NCBI GenBank assembly: GCA_050251055.1
Contig: JBFWNL010000003.1
Location: forward strand, 224,001 to 288,000
DNA length: 64,000 bases
Source: Bacteriovoracia bacterium
GTDB taxonomy: Bacteria > Bdellovibrionota > UBA1018 > JBFWNL01
Direction of reading: 5' to 3'
Made by a program: the position numbers and the translations under genes. This document shows positions 9,843 through 18,648 of this stretch, one piece after another (position 1 is the first letter of the stretch; every line of letters starts with the position of its first letter). The notes under the pieces were generated by a model, which ran no database searches, was not told where the DNA came from, and saw only the letters and a program-made list of their open reading frames with translations.

Positions 9843-10145
9843 TCACCTCTGCGGGTTAAAGAAGATACGAAAGTTACCTCGATCCTGAAAACGGGGATGG
9901 AGCTTCGGCCCCCCGCTCTCGTCCGGGCCGATGGTCTGCGGATGCCCGAACTGGTAAGCATGCTTGAAGCCTTTTCCCAAATGGCCCGTCAGCCGGTCAT
10001 TGATGTCCAGGCCCACGATCGCCCGCTTCAGGAGCAGGAAAAACAGCACGACGGCCGAGAGCACGATGATGTACTCGAAAATCGCCTGGCCTCCCTGATC
10101 ACTGGCCGAGGGACGTACCGGTTGGGCGCTTCGACTCAACGCCAT
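9843..10145 (-). CDS. Pilin-like/TadE-like small protein
   Basis: GG/QAIFEYIIVL motif; ATG 10145 overlaps the end of the upstream peptidase gene. Confidence 0.7.
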   Translation of the reverse strand: MALSRSAQPVRPSASDQGGQAIFEYIIVLSAVVLFFLLLKRAIVGLDINDRLTGHLGKGFKHAYQFGHPQTIGPDESGGPKLHPRFQDRGNFRIFFNPQR

Positions 10146-10687
10146 AGATCCAACCCCAATCTCGCCACCGGATTGTCCACGGCGACCCAAACCGCCGCGA
10201 CCGCGATGGGAATCCCGAACGGCATGCGTAAGCGCCGGTCGATCTCCGGAAAACGAAACTTGAACCCTCGATTAAAAAGCGCCATGAATGGCGCGGAAAC
10301 CCGGTAAAAAAAATCGGGAAGCCGCCCCTTGAAGAGCAAAACGAAGAAAGCGATCACGGCGCCGACCGCCACCGAGAAAACCGCGACGTCAGCCGTATAA
10401 GCCAAACCTCCCCAAGCGCCCAAGGCCATCAAAAGCTTCACGTCGCCCGCGCCCATGAACCCCAGCCAGAAGATCCAGCCGAAAAGCAGGAGGCCCGCCC
10501 CCGCGCCCAGCAACGAGTCGGACGCTCCCGACCAGCCCGCTAAACTCGCGGAAACCGCGATGCCCAGCAGGAGCGCCGGCAGCGTGAGCCAATTGTAGAT
10601 TTTTCCCCGCGCCACGTCCGTAGCCAAAGCGATGAGCGAAATCAGCACGATCGCGACGAGATAGGTCTCAGTTGCTCCAAATCGCAC
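10136..10687 (-). CDS. cpaA: Prepilin peptidase CpaA/TadV (A24 family)
   Basis: TDVARGKIYNWL and MGAGDVKLLMALG catalytic Asp motifs; MPFGIPIA. Confidence 0.9.
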   Translation of the reverse strand: MRFGATETYLVAIVLISLIALATDVARGKIYNWLTLPALLLGIAVSASLAGWSGASDSLLGAGAGLLLFGWIFWLGFMGAGDVKLLMALGAWGGLAYTADVAVFSVAVGAVIAFFVLLFKGRLPDFFYRVSAPFMALFNRGFKFRFPEIDRRLRMPFGIPIAVAAVWVAVDNPVARLGLDLWR

Positions 10688-10892
10688 CAGCAGGAGCCCT
10701 CCCCGTCTTCAAGTTCTTCTCGAAGCTCGCGCCAAACTTCAGGAGCGATTCATCGATGCGCGGAACGATGTTTTGCAAAATAGCCACGGTGGCAACGATG
10801 GCGAAGGTAAGCAGAAAAATGTACTCGAACGTCGCCTGTCCGGCGCGGGCCGATGATTTTTTTGGATTAGAATTTTTAAGGACGCTGTCCAT
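10668..10892 (-). CDS. Flp-like minor pilin
   Basis: AG/QATFEYIFLL Flp-type motif (E+5, Y+6). Confidence 0.75.
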   Translation of the reverse strand: MDSVLKNSNPKKSSARAGQATFEYIFLLTFAIVATVAILQNIVPRIDESLLKFGASFEKNLKTGRAPAGAIWSN

Positions 10893-10957
10893 CTGAGTGC
10901 CACCCCGCACTTTGCTATGGACCAACCAATGCTGTCCGGGCCGATGCTTGGCGCCGG

Positions 10958-11149
10958 CTACTCCGACATCGCTTCGTCGATCTTTCCACCCAGATCGGTC
11001 GTCGCCTTGGAGATACGACCCGCGATTTCTTTCTTGAAACGCAGGGCGATCAAGACCACGGCGAAGAGAATGAGGATGTACTCCAGCGTCGATTGGCCTT
11101 CCTCGTCGCGGATGAAACTGGCGATTTTCTTTGAAACGAACTTGAGCAT
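10958..11149 (-). CDS. flp: Flp major pilin
   Basis: FIRDEEG/QSTLEYILIL classic Flp leader and motif; 63 aa. Confidence 0.9.
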   Translation of the reverse strand: MLKFVSKKIASFIRDEEGQSTLEYILILFAVVLIALRFKKEIAGRISKATTDLGGKIDEAMSE

Positions 11150-11219
11150 AGTTACCAGTTGCCTCTCTCTCCCTTCATCGTCAGAAGTCCGCCCAAACTA
11201 AAGCGAACCCCGTCTAAAA

Positions 11220-11249
11220 AGTATAACTTTATCCGATTATTTGGGTCAA
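11220..11249 (-). promoter_or_regulatory. Sigma70-like promoter upstream of flp
   Basis: TTGACC-N18-TATACT on the minus strand in the PP2C-flp intergenic gap. Confidence 0.45.
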
Positions 11250-11255
11250 CAAAAC

Positions 11256-12011
11256 CTAACCCTTTAATATAACTAAAGAAAAAGTAGCATTTTGCGCAAA
11301 CCCGGCCCCCTGCATCTCTGCACTCAGTTTTTGGTAAAGATCTTGAATACTTAGGCCATGCCCCTGGAGTTGGCTGAGGGTTTCCCGAAAGTCCGAAGTA
11401 ATTCCATGAGTTTGAAAGAGGTACCAGTCCCCCGGCTGAGCGATGACTTCGATCACCTCGGGCTCCAGATCTTCGCTCATCCCTAATGCCGCCATCGGAA
11501 TGTCCGTCGTGGGGCCCGTGTCGGTACCGAACGGATCGAGCATCCGCCCGTAACTTCGAGGCGTTACCAGCTCCACCGAACGGCAACCGCGAATCATCCA
11601 CGCCGAGCAAACGCCCAGATTCGCGAGCACCATTCGATTGCCTTCCAAATACCCGGCGACCATCGAAGCCCCGCCGCGATCGTGGATCCCGCGGCCATCA
11701 TTATACTGGATGATCTCGCGGTTCGCGTGCACGAACGAGTTAAACAGTACATTGCCCGCGAGCGAGTAGTTGGCCCGCAACTCGAAAGGCAATGTGGCCT
11801 CCAGGTCACCGGCTTCGCGCTCCAAAAAGTGCAGCACCGACTCGCAAGCCTTGCGCGCGGCCTCGGCACCGGCCTTCACGCCGCCAAAGCCATCGGCCAC
11901 CGTGAAGATGCGCCGCTGCTCGTTCATCGCCGCGTGATCTTCCTGGCACGGGGCCGCGCCCGACGAGGAAACCGTGGTAGCCGCCTGGATCTCGCAAGGC
12001 TTCAGGATCAT
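11256..12011 (-). CDS. PP2C/PPM-fold protein, probably a catalytically degenerate pseudophosphatase
   Basis: QEDH and VADGFGG retained; ANLGVCS, QTHGI and QNAT replace the GDSR, SDG and DN motifs. Confidence 0.8.
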   Translation of the reverse strand: MILKPCEIQAATTVSSSGAAPCQEDHAAMNEQRRIFTVADGFGGVKAGAEAARKACESVLHFLEREAGDLEATLPFELRANYSLAGNVLFNSFVHANREIIQYNDGRGIHDRGGASMVAGYLEGNRMVLANLGVCSAWMIRGCRSVELVTPRSYGRMLDPFGTDTGPTTDIPMAALGMSEDLEPEVIEVIAQPGDWYLFQTHGITSDFRETLSQLQGHGLSIQDLYQKLSAEMQGAGFAQNATFSLVILKG

Positions 12012-14527
12012 AATCCCGACCCTCCCGCCGGCGCATGTCCACCTTCGCCTTCCGACTTGAAACGGTCGAAGCGGCTGATGCGATTACGCGCGCGCTCGTA
12101 ATAGATATCGTCTTGAGGAGCGATGTTCATGGTTTCCGCGTACTTCCGCTTGGCCATCTCGAAATCGCTATAGCTTTCAGCGATGATCGCCTCCGAGTAC
12201 GCGAGCTTCGCGCGCTGGTGGAGCACCCCACGGATCCGCTCCATCCCCTTAAATCCCGTCTGATCCCTGGGATCGATCTTGGTCGCCCGTTCGTAGAGCT
12301 TAAACGCCTGCACTAAATCGCCGCCTTCCTCGGCGGACTTCGCCTGCTCGAGCACGGGATCGAGTAGGGCCTTCAGCGAAGCCAGGCATTCGGCGATGCG
12401 GGACTTTGCGCGCGCGAGCAGCTTGCGGTCAGTGGCTCCCAGATCGTTGATCTGACGGTAGGCGCCCACGGCCGAGAGATATCGTCCTCGCTTCTGGAGC
12501 TTCTGGCCATCCCGATAGATGCGCCAGGCGTTTCCATTGATGGCCTGGCGATCCTTGCGAGCCTGTTCTTCTTGCGCGATTTTCTCCAGATGATCCCGGA
12601 TCACCTGCTCCCACTGGGCCAACTGCTTGTTGTCCGGGTCAAGCTGCAGGATTTCCGGGAATACTGCCTTGGCATCCTCGTACTTCTCGGCCGCCATGAG
12701 CTTTCCAACCGCGTCTACGAGCTCGGCCACGCGCAGCCGGATGCGCTCCTGCTCTTCGCGGCGGCGCTTTTCCTCTTCTTTATCCTGCATCCGCTTCTTG
12801 CCTTCGCGCGCGTAGCGCTCGATGTCGCGCGAATCCTCGTAGTCGTCGACGACCTCGAATATTTTCGCAACTTCATACAGCGCCTTATCGAACTCGCCGT
12901 TCTTGTAGTGATCGAACGCGAGCGTGTGGTGCGATTTTACGAATTCCTTCTTGTCGGGACTGAGCTTATCGAAGGACGGCTTTCCCTTCGCGGCTCCCGG
13001 CGCGGTGGCGGTCTTCGCCGCTGGTTTTGCTGGCGCGGACGGCTCTTCCTCGTAGTCCAGGAGGGAGAACAGGATTACCAGGCCGACGATACCAACGATC
13101 ACGCGCCGACGCGGAGGCATCTCGCGGAACTGCTCGACCAAGCTCTTTCTGCCCTTCGGGGCGCCCAGGCCCGGAATCGGTCCGGCGCCGAAGGCCGCCA
13201 TCGGGTCCGCTCCCATGCCGCCCACGGGCGCGCCGACGATCTCGGGTTGAAAATCCAGCCCCGAGGGAGAAGCGTAGTTCTGCCCCCCGGCCGTGAGCTG
13301 TAGGCCGCCATCGGCGCGGGAAAAGCCGGCGGAAACGCCCGGCGGGCCGTCCTGCTCTTCGGGCTCATCCGGGACGGTCATGAAATCATTTTGTTTCGCC
13401 TGATAGTCCGCGCTCAAAGCTTGGAAATGGCAATACACGTCGCCGACCCGAATCTCGTCATCTCCGGTCAGCTCCTGCTCGGTCACGCGCACGCCGTTTA
13501 CGTACGTGCCGTTGGATGAGCCGAGGTCTTTAATGATGAAACGTATGCCTTCGCGCCGGATCGTGGTGTTCTTGCGCGAGGATTTCTTGTCATTCAAGAC
13601 GATATCGCAGTTCTTGCCGCGGCCCAAGACGACCTCGTCCTGGGTGATCTCGAATTCCCGTACGTTGGCGGCGCCCGGAGCAAAAACCAGTTTGGCGCGC
13701 AGTTTACCCGTGGCGGCGACCCGGGTATTCCCGTCGTTCACGTCGGCGGGCACGAACTCCGTGCCCGTGCGGGCCGCGGGCGTTCCGGCACCCGACATCT
13801 CTCCACCCTCGAGATTCACTTCGAGCGGGGCTTCGCCGCTGGAGGCACCGATGCCCTTGCTGAACTCCTCGAGCGAAAGGGGGCCGTTGCTGGAAGAAGC
13901 CGCCGCCGAGCTTTCCGGCGAGCCATTCAAGTTCGCGAACGGATCGGAGGCGGGCTCTCCGCTCGCGGCTAGATCAGGATCTGGATCGGCGGATGCTTCC
14001 GCAGGGGCGGCGAAATCGCCCGGAGGATCAAGATTCTCCGCCGGGAACTGATTGGACGGGAAGTCTTTCGGCGTCTCGACCGGGGTTCCGAATTCACTGG
14101 CTACGGGCAGGGTCGCTCCGGAAGGCGCGGCCGAGACCGTGGGCAAGTCCATGGGCGGAAGCGGATCGGGCGTCGGGGAAGGCTCCGCCAAGGAACGCGT
14201 ACCGGCCCGCGGCGAAACGTTGCCTTCCTGAATCGCGGCGGCAACCTGAATGAGGAAGGGGCCGATATTGATAACGTCGCCACCCTTGAGCACGGCCTTC
14301 GTGCATTCCAGCCCATTCACCGACAGCGGCGCAAAGCCGCTTTTCTTTTCGACCTGGATGCCGCCTTCGGAGGGGCGGACGACGGCGTGCTGGCGCGAAA
14401 CCATGCGGTGATCCAGCCGGATCACGCAGCCGGCATCCCGCCCGATCGCTAATTCGCGATCGACCGGAATTTCCTGGATCATTTCGCCGTCCCGCAGGAC
14501 GGTCAGCTTCGCGGCTCCCATCCTCAC
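12008..14527 (-). CDS. Double-FHA, single-TM, periplasmic TPR protein
   Basis: FHA1 IGRD...VSRQH; FHA2 LGRG...SSRKN...GSSNGTYVNG; Pro/Ala/acidic linker; TM; helical TPR-like C-terminus. Confidence 0.85.
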   Translation of the reverse strand: MRMGAAKLTVLRDGEMIQEIPVDRELAIGRDAGCVIRLDHRMVSRQHAVVRPSEGGIQVEKKSGFAPLSVNGLECTKAVLKGGDVINIGPFLIQVAAAIQEGNVSPRAGTRSLAEPSPTPDPLPPMDLPTVSAAPSGATLPVASEFGTPVETPKDFPSNQFPAENLDPPGDFAAPAEASADPDPDLAASGEPASDPFANLNGSPESSAAASSSNGPLSLEEFSKGIGASSGEAPLEVNLEGGEMSGAGTPAARTGTEFVPADVNDGNTRVAATGKLRAKLVFAPGAANVREFEITQDEVVLGRGKNCDIVLNDKKSSRKNTTIRREGIRFIIKDLGSSNGTYVNGVRVTEQELTGDDEIRVGDVYCHFQALSADYQAKQNDFMTVPDEPEEQDGPPGVSAGFSRADGGLQLTAGGQNYASPSGLDFQPEIVGAPVGGMGADPMAAFGAGPIPGLGAPKGRKSLVEQFREMPPRRRVIVGIVGLVILFSLLDYEEEPSAPAKPAAKTATAPGAAKGKPSFDKLSPDKKEFVKSHHTLAFDHYKNGEFDKALYEVAKIFEVVDDYEDSRDIERYAREGKKRMQDKEEEKRRREEQERIRLRVAELVDAVGKLMAAEKYEDAKAVFPEILQLDPDNKQLAQWEQVIRDHLEKIAQEEQARKDRQAINGNAWRIYRDGQKLQKRGRYLSAVGAYRQINDLGATDRKLLARAKSRIAECLASLKALLDPVLEQAKSAEEGGDLVQAFKLYERATKIDPRDQTGFKGMERIRGVLHQRAKLAYSEAIIAESYSDFEMAKRKYAETMNIAPQDDIYYERARNRISRFDRFKSEGEGGHAPAGGSGL

Positions 14528-15528
14528 GTATCTCCCTTGATGGCCTTACTGACCTTCACGAGTTGGTCCTTGGCCTCGATGTAATACGGGCTCGCCTGGT
14601 CGCGATAAAGCAAACGCAAGATAGCTTCGTAATGCCCCTTGGACTCGCGAAGTTTTCCCGACTCGTAACCCTTTAGACCGCGATCCAGATGGAATTTCAC
14701 TTCCTCTTGAATGGCCTTGTCGCAGTTTTGCAGGTAAAGATTGGAAAGCTTGTGGCCGGGGCTGACTTGCAGCGCGGTTTCGAACTGCACCTTGGCCCGC
14801 AAGTAATTTCCCGCCTGATACTCCTTGAACCCAGCCTTAAAGAACATCGTCGCCGTCTTGTTGACTTCGGGCGAATCGTCGGGCGGAAGGAGCGAGGCTA
14901 AGTCGCGGGCTTCCACCGAGGTCGTGCGTTTCTTGCGCTTCTGGACCTGTTCGCCTTCCGTTCCCACCAGGAAATAAAGGAGCGCGCCCAAAGCGCCGTA
15001 AATCAGCAACCGCCGCTGGCCGGCGGGATTCAAGTTTGGCCGGGCCACCGCCGCCTTCATCGCCTCGCCGCCGCCAAAACTCGTCATCGCGCGGATGCGT
15101 TGGCGATGAGCATCGAGCGCCGCCTGATCCGCTTTCATCTGGGCGGGACTCTTCGCCGGAGCCTTGAGCATGAGAGTGTTGGAATCGCTGGCCGCCATGA
15201 ATTCCAGCACGGTCTCGCCGATGGTCACGGTGTTACCGGTGCGCACATCGGCGATCTTAGCCTCGTTTCCGTTGAGCAGGATCCCGTTCGCGCTGCCGAG
15301 ATCACGTACTTTCCAACCGCCTGGGACGGCGATGAACTCTGCGTGTTGCCGGGAGGACTTTAAATCCGAGATCATCACGTCGCAGGTCTCACCCCGCCCG
15401 ACCGTCGCCCGCGCACCGGTGACGACGAAAATCGCGCCGTAGTCAGGCCCCTGAATGACCTTAAGCCGCATCAACTCGCCGGGCTGGCGGGGAAGGCTGT
15501 TTTGTCGGAAGCGCGTGGCGTTTGGCAT
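14524..15528 (-). CDS. FHA-TM-TPR protein
   Basis: VGRGE...SSRQH...DLGSANG FHA; TM LLIYGALGALLYFLV; TPR-like C-terminus. Confidence 0.85.
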   Translation of the reverse strand: MPNATRFRQNSLPRQPGELMRLKVIQGPDYGAIFVVTGARATVGRGETCDVMISDLKSSRQHAEFIAVPGGWKVRDLGSANGILLNGNEAKIADVRTGNTVTIGETVLEFMAASDSNTLMLKAPAKSPAQMKADQAALDAHRQRIRAMTSFGGGEAMKAAVARPNLNPAGQRRLLIYGALGALLYFLVGTEGEQVQKRKKRTTSVEARDLASLLPPDDSPEVNKTATMFFKAGFKEYQAGNYLRAKVQFETALQVSPGHKLSNLYLQNCDKAIQEEVKFHLDRGLKGYESGKLRESKGHYEAILRLLYRDQASPYYIEAKDQLVKVSKAIKGDT

Positions 15529-15532
15529 ATCC

Positions 15533-17191
15533 CTACGCTTCCTCCTCTGCCCGGATGACGGAGAACACGAATCCTGCCGGCGTGCCCATGCCCACGGCGA
15601 CGCCCGAAACCTTGTAATTGATACCGGCCATCTCGGTCTCTTCGGTGATGGTCAGGCCGACCGAAGCCGAGGCTTGGCCAAGCATGTCCTCGAACAGGAC
15701 GCCAAGCGCCTGGTCGCGCGCGACGCTCGTGATGGGCTGCCCCACGGCTTCGTGCGAATGTATACCGCTCAACTCCTCGAAAAACGGGTTGATATACGCG
15801 ATGGCTTTGTCCCGATCGAAGACCACGACGCCACTTCGGGCGGAGGCTCCCAGGACCTTGAGTCCTTCCAAGTAGGCCTCTAGGCTCGCGGCGGCCGCGC
15901 CACCGCCGCCGCCCGCGCCGTCCGAACCCGTGCCCAATTCATGGGGAACTCGTTGAAGCGCGGAGTTGATGACATCCCAGAGCTGGTTCAGCTCCGAGCG
16001 CTTGAATTCACGCGTCACCTGACTCATATCGCCCTTCAATACTTTGTCGATATCGTCGTTGAGGATCTCGAGCGGCTTCAACGTCAGGCGGTAAACCGCG
16101 AAGAAAATCAGCGCTCCTACCGCCAGTAGGGCGATCAGCGTCTTGGAATAAATCATGCCCACGTCCCCGCCGGATGGGGTGGACAACGTGGTGTCGATCG
16201 AGACTACCGCCATGGCCACGATGGCGTTGCGGCCGGTCTGCGGATCCAACACCTTCAGCGGCTCCACCGCCACCACGGTTTCGTCGTCCGCGCGGACCAC
16301 GTAGCCCGACTCGGCTCCCCCCGCAGTATAGCGCTTGGCGGCTTTCGCCGCGACCACGCCCTCGGGCGCCGCCGTAAGATACTGATTGAGTTTTTTCGAG
16401 GGCGCCAGGATGCGGTTGCGCAGGTCGATCAACACGGCCTCTCGCACCCCGTCTTCATTCTCGAGGTTTCCGATAATTGTTTTGGTTTCCGCATTGGCCG
16501 CGATGTAGGCGGAGTTTTTCTCCACGATCTCGCGCGCCAAGGCCGCCGCGCGCTTACCGGTTTCCTTCACGACCGCGACCTCGTTCAGCTCAAGCAGCGG
16601 ATACACGGAAATAAATAGATTAAGAAATGCGAAGGCCGTGAAGAGGGAGATGCAGATCACCCGCCACTCGTGCCGCAGATTCAGGCCGTAAAACACCGGC
16701 ATCACGAATTTTTCGAAATACCAACCCGCCTTGCCCAGGGGATCGGTCGGAATCCCCTGACCCATGCCCTCGAAGCCGCTGCCCAGTCCGACGCCGCCCG
16801 CGTTCGGAGGCGCCGAAGCGGGGCCACCCGAGGTTTTCTGCGAGGGAAACTGAATCACGTTGCCGAAGTCGGCGATCGCGGGTGCCTGCAAAGAATTCTT
16901 CACGACCGGCGTGCGGATCTCCATGACGTACTCGCCGACGCTGATCTTGTCACCGGAAGCGATTTTCTTTACCTTGGTGAGGATGCCGTTGACGAAAGTG
17001 CCGTTGGAGCTGCCCTCATCGCGCACGGTGATCTCGCCGTTATCGACGACGAGCACGCAATGGGTTTTGGAAACACGCTGGGATGGCAACACAATCACGT
17101 TGCCGTCTTGACGGCCGATCGAGTTCCTGCCCTTTTGAAGGACGTAACTCGTTCCGCGATTTGGTCCTGACACGACGGTCAGTTTATACAT
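15533..17191 (-). CDS. FHA-TM-periplasmic-TM-HAMP-PAS protein with no kinase or other output domain
   Basis: IGRQ...VSKTH...GSSNGTFVNG FHA; two TMs; LKPLEILNDDI...ELNQL HAMP-like; GVVVFD...YINPFFEELSG PAS. Confidence 0.8.
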   Translation of the reverse strand: MYKLTVVSGPNRGTSYVLQKGRNSIGRQDGNVIVLPSQRVSKTHCVLVVDNGEITVRDEGSSNGTFVNGILTKVKKIASGDKISVGEYVMEIRTPVVKNSLQAPAIADFGNVIQFPSQKTSGGPASAPPNAGGVGLGSGFEGMGQGIPTDPLGKAGWYFEKFVMPVFYGLNLRHEWRVICISLFTAFAFLNLFISVYPLLELNEVAVVKETGKRAAALAREIVEKNSAYIAANAETKTIIGNLENEDGVREAVLIDLRNRILAPSKKLNQYLTAAPEGVVAAKAAKRYTAGGAESGYVVRADDETVVAVEPLKVLDPQTGRNAIVAMAVVSIDTTLSTPSGGDVGMIYSKTLIALLAVGALIFFAVYRLTLKPLEILNDDIDKVLKGDMSQVTREFKRSELNQLWDVINSALQRVPHELGTGSDGAGGGGGAAAASLEAYLEGLKVLGASARSGVVVFDRDKAIAYINPFFEELSGIHSHEAVGQPITSVARDQALGVLFEDMLGQASASVGLTITEETEMAGINYKVSGVAVGMGTPAGFVFSVIRAEEEA

Positions 17192-17604
17192 ACTTCATCC
17201 CCCGCGCTGACTCCGCAGCGCTGGATCGTTCCCAATGGCAACTCGAGCGTCTCCGTCGCCCGGAAGTCCGCCACCGGGAGCAATTTCCACGGACGCACGT
17301 TCTCGCGCACCGAGGAAACTTCCCAGCGGTCTCCCGCCCGGCGAATAAACACGACGTCGATCGGCATCCGCATGAACCACATGTGGATGTTGTTGCAACG
17401 AGGGAAGAACATGCCTTCCCCCGCATTCAACGTCGCGCGACCGATGAGCCCCACTAGGCGCTCCAGAAAACGCTCGGCCACGATACACTTTTCGGCTAGA
17501 ACGGCTTTGTTTTTGAGGGTTTGGATGGTGACGCGGCGAGATTTGTCGCGGGCGCGGACGGCGCCGGCTGAGTTTTGACGGTCGATACCGCTCATTTCCG
17601 CCAT
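17179..17604 (-). CDS. DUF192 family protein
   Basis: ERLVGLIGR...EGMFF...IHMWFMRMPIDVVF...TLELPLG. Confidence 0.85.
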   Translation of the reverse strand: MAEMSGIDRQNSAGAVRARDKSRRVTIQTLKNKAVLAEKCIVAERFLERLVGLIGRATLNAGEGMFFPRCNNIHMWFMRMPIDVVFIRRAGDRWEVSSVRENVRPWKLLPVADFRATETLELPLGTIQRCGVSAGDEVCIN

Positions 17605-17632
17605 AAACTTGACGTCTCCCCTGTCCGCGCGT

Positions 17633-18559
17633 TTAAAACGGCGAACCCTCGCCGCTCATGAACTGCAGGATCACCGGCCCCAGGATCATCGCGACCACCG
17701 AGGGCATCACGAAAATGACGGTGGCGATGATGAGCTTCGGTCCGGCGGCCGCGCCCGCCTTCTCCGCGCGGGTGAACCGCTCGTTACGAATCTGTTCCGA
17801 CTGCTGGCGCAGGGTGCGCCCGATCGACGCGCCCATCTGATCCGCCGAAACCAAGATTGCGACGAAGGAGTTCACCTCCGACATGTCGATTCGAATCGCC
17901 ATTTCCCGCATAGCCTCACCGCGCGAGGAACCGACTTTGATCTCTTTTAAAAGCTGCTCGAATTCTTCTACCAGCGGACTGGGCGCGGCCTTTTCGACGA
18001 CCTTGCCGATAGCGCCGATAAAATCCAGACCCGCCTCGGTCGAGAGCGCGAGGAGATCCACGATGAACGGCATCGCGTTGCGGATCTTCTTCTGTCGCTG
18101 CTCGATGCGGCTTTTGATCCAGATATCCGGGTAAAACCAGCCAAAAATCGCGGAAAGCACCGAATAGTACCAATCCACCTCGGTCTCGCCCACGTAGCGC
18201 ACCAAAAGCAGGATGACCGGAAAGAAGCCGATCAGGAACATCTTGAACGCGATGAACTCGTCGGCCGTAAGCTCGTTCTTCAGGCCCGCCGTCACGAGCT
18301 TGCGGCGATAGTGCTTGCGCTTCACATCCCAGAACGCCTTACCCCGGATGATGGGCACGAGGTACTGGGAAAAGAACGGGCGCGTGAGCGCCACGAGGGG
18401 ATTGGAGGCCTTGCGGTTCCGGTTTTCCTCGAGGTTTTCCTCCGCCGCCCGCGCCTCCTGCTCTTTTAGAAGCAGATACGAGACGTAGAACACCCCCACG
18501 CCGATGAGCGCATAAGCCGCATAGATTACGAGACTGCCACCACCGATCAGTGAATACAT
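17633..18559 (-). CDS. tadC: Tad platform protein TadC
   Basis: MPFIVDLLALSTEAGLDF...ADQMGASIGRTLRQQSEQIRNERFTRAEKA; ATG 18559 chosen over GTG 18571. Confidence 0.9.
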   Translation of the reverse strand: MYSLIGGGSLVIYAAYALIGVGVFYVSYLLLKEQEARAAEENLEENRNRKASNPLVALTRPFFSQYLVPIIRGKAFWDVKRKHYRRKLVTAGLKNELTADEFIAFKMFLIGFFPVILLLVRYVGETEVDWYYSVLSAIFGWFYPDIWIKSRIEQRQKKIRNAMPFIVDLLALSTEAGLDFIGAIGKVVEKAAPSPLVEEFEQLLKEIKVGSSRGEAMREMAIRIDMSEVNSFVAILVSADQMGASIGRTLRQQSEQIRNERFTRAEKAGAAAGPKLIIATVIFVMPSVVAMILGPVILQFMSGEGSPF

Positions 18560-18575
18560 AATCCTACCCACTAAG

Positions 18576-18626
18576 TTATCGGTAAAAACATAAGACTAAT
18601 TGAGGACCTAGAAGAACTGCCGATAA
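18576..18626. promoter_or_regulatory. Back-to-back sigma28 (FliA)-like promoters for the tad operon (minus) and yihY (plus)
   Basis: Minus: TCAA-N16-ACCGATAA; plus: TTGA-N15-GCCGATAA; both use the 18600-18603 segment as -35. Confidence 0.6.
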
Positions 18627-18648
18627 GCTGGTATAGGCCTATTTTAGC

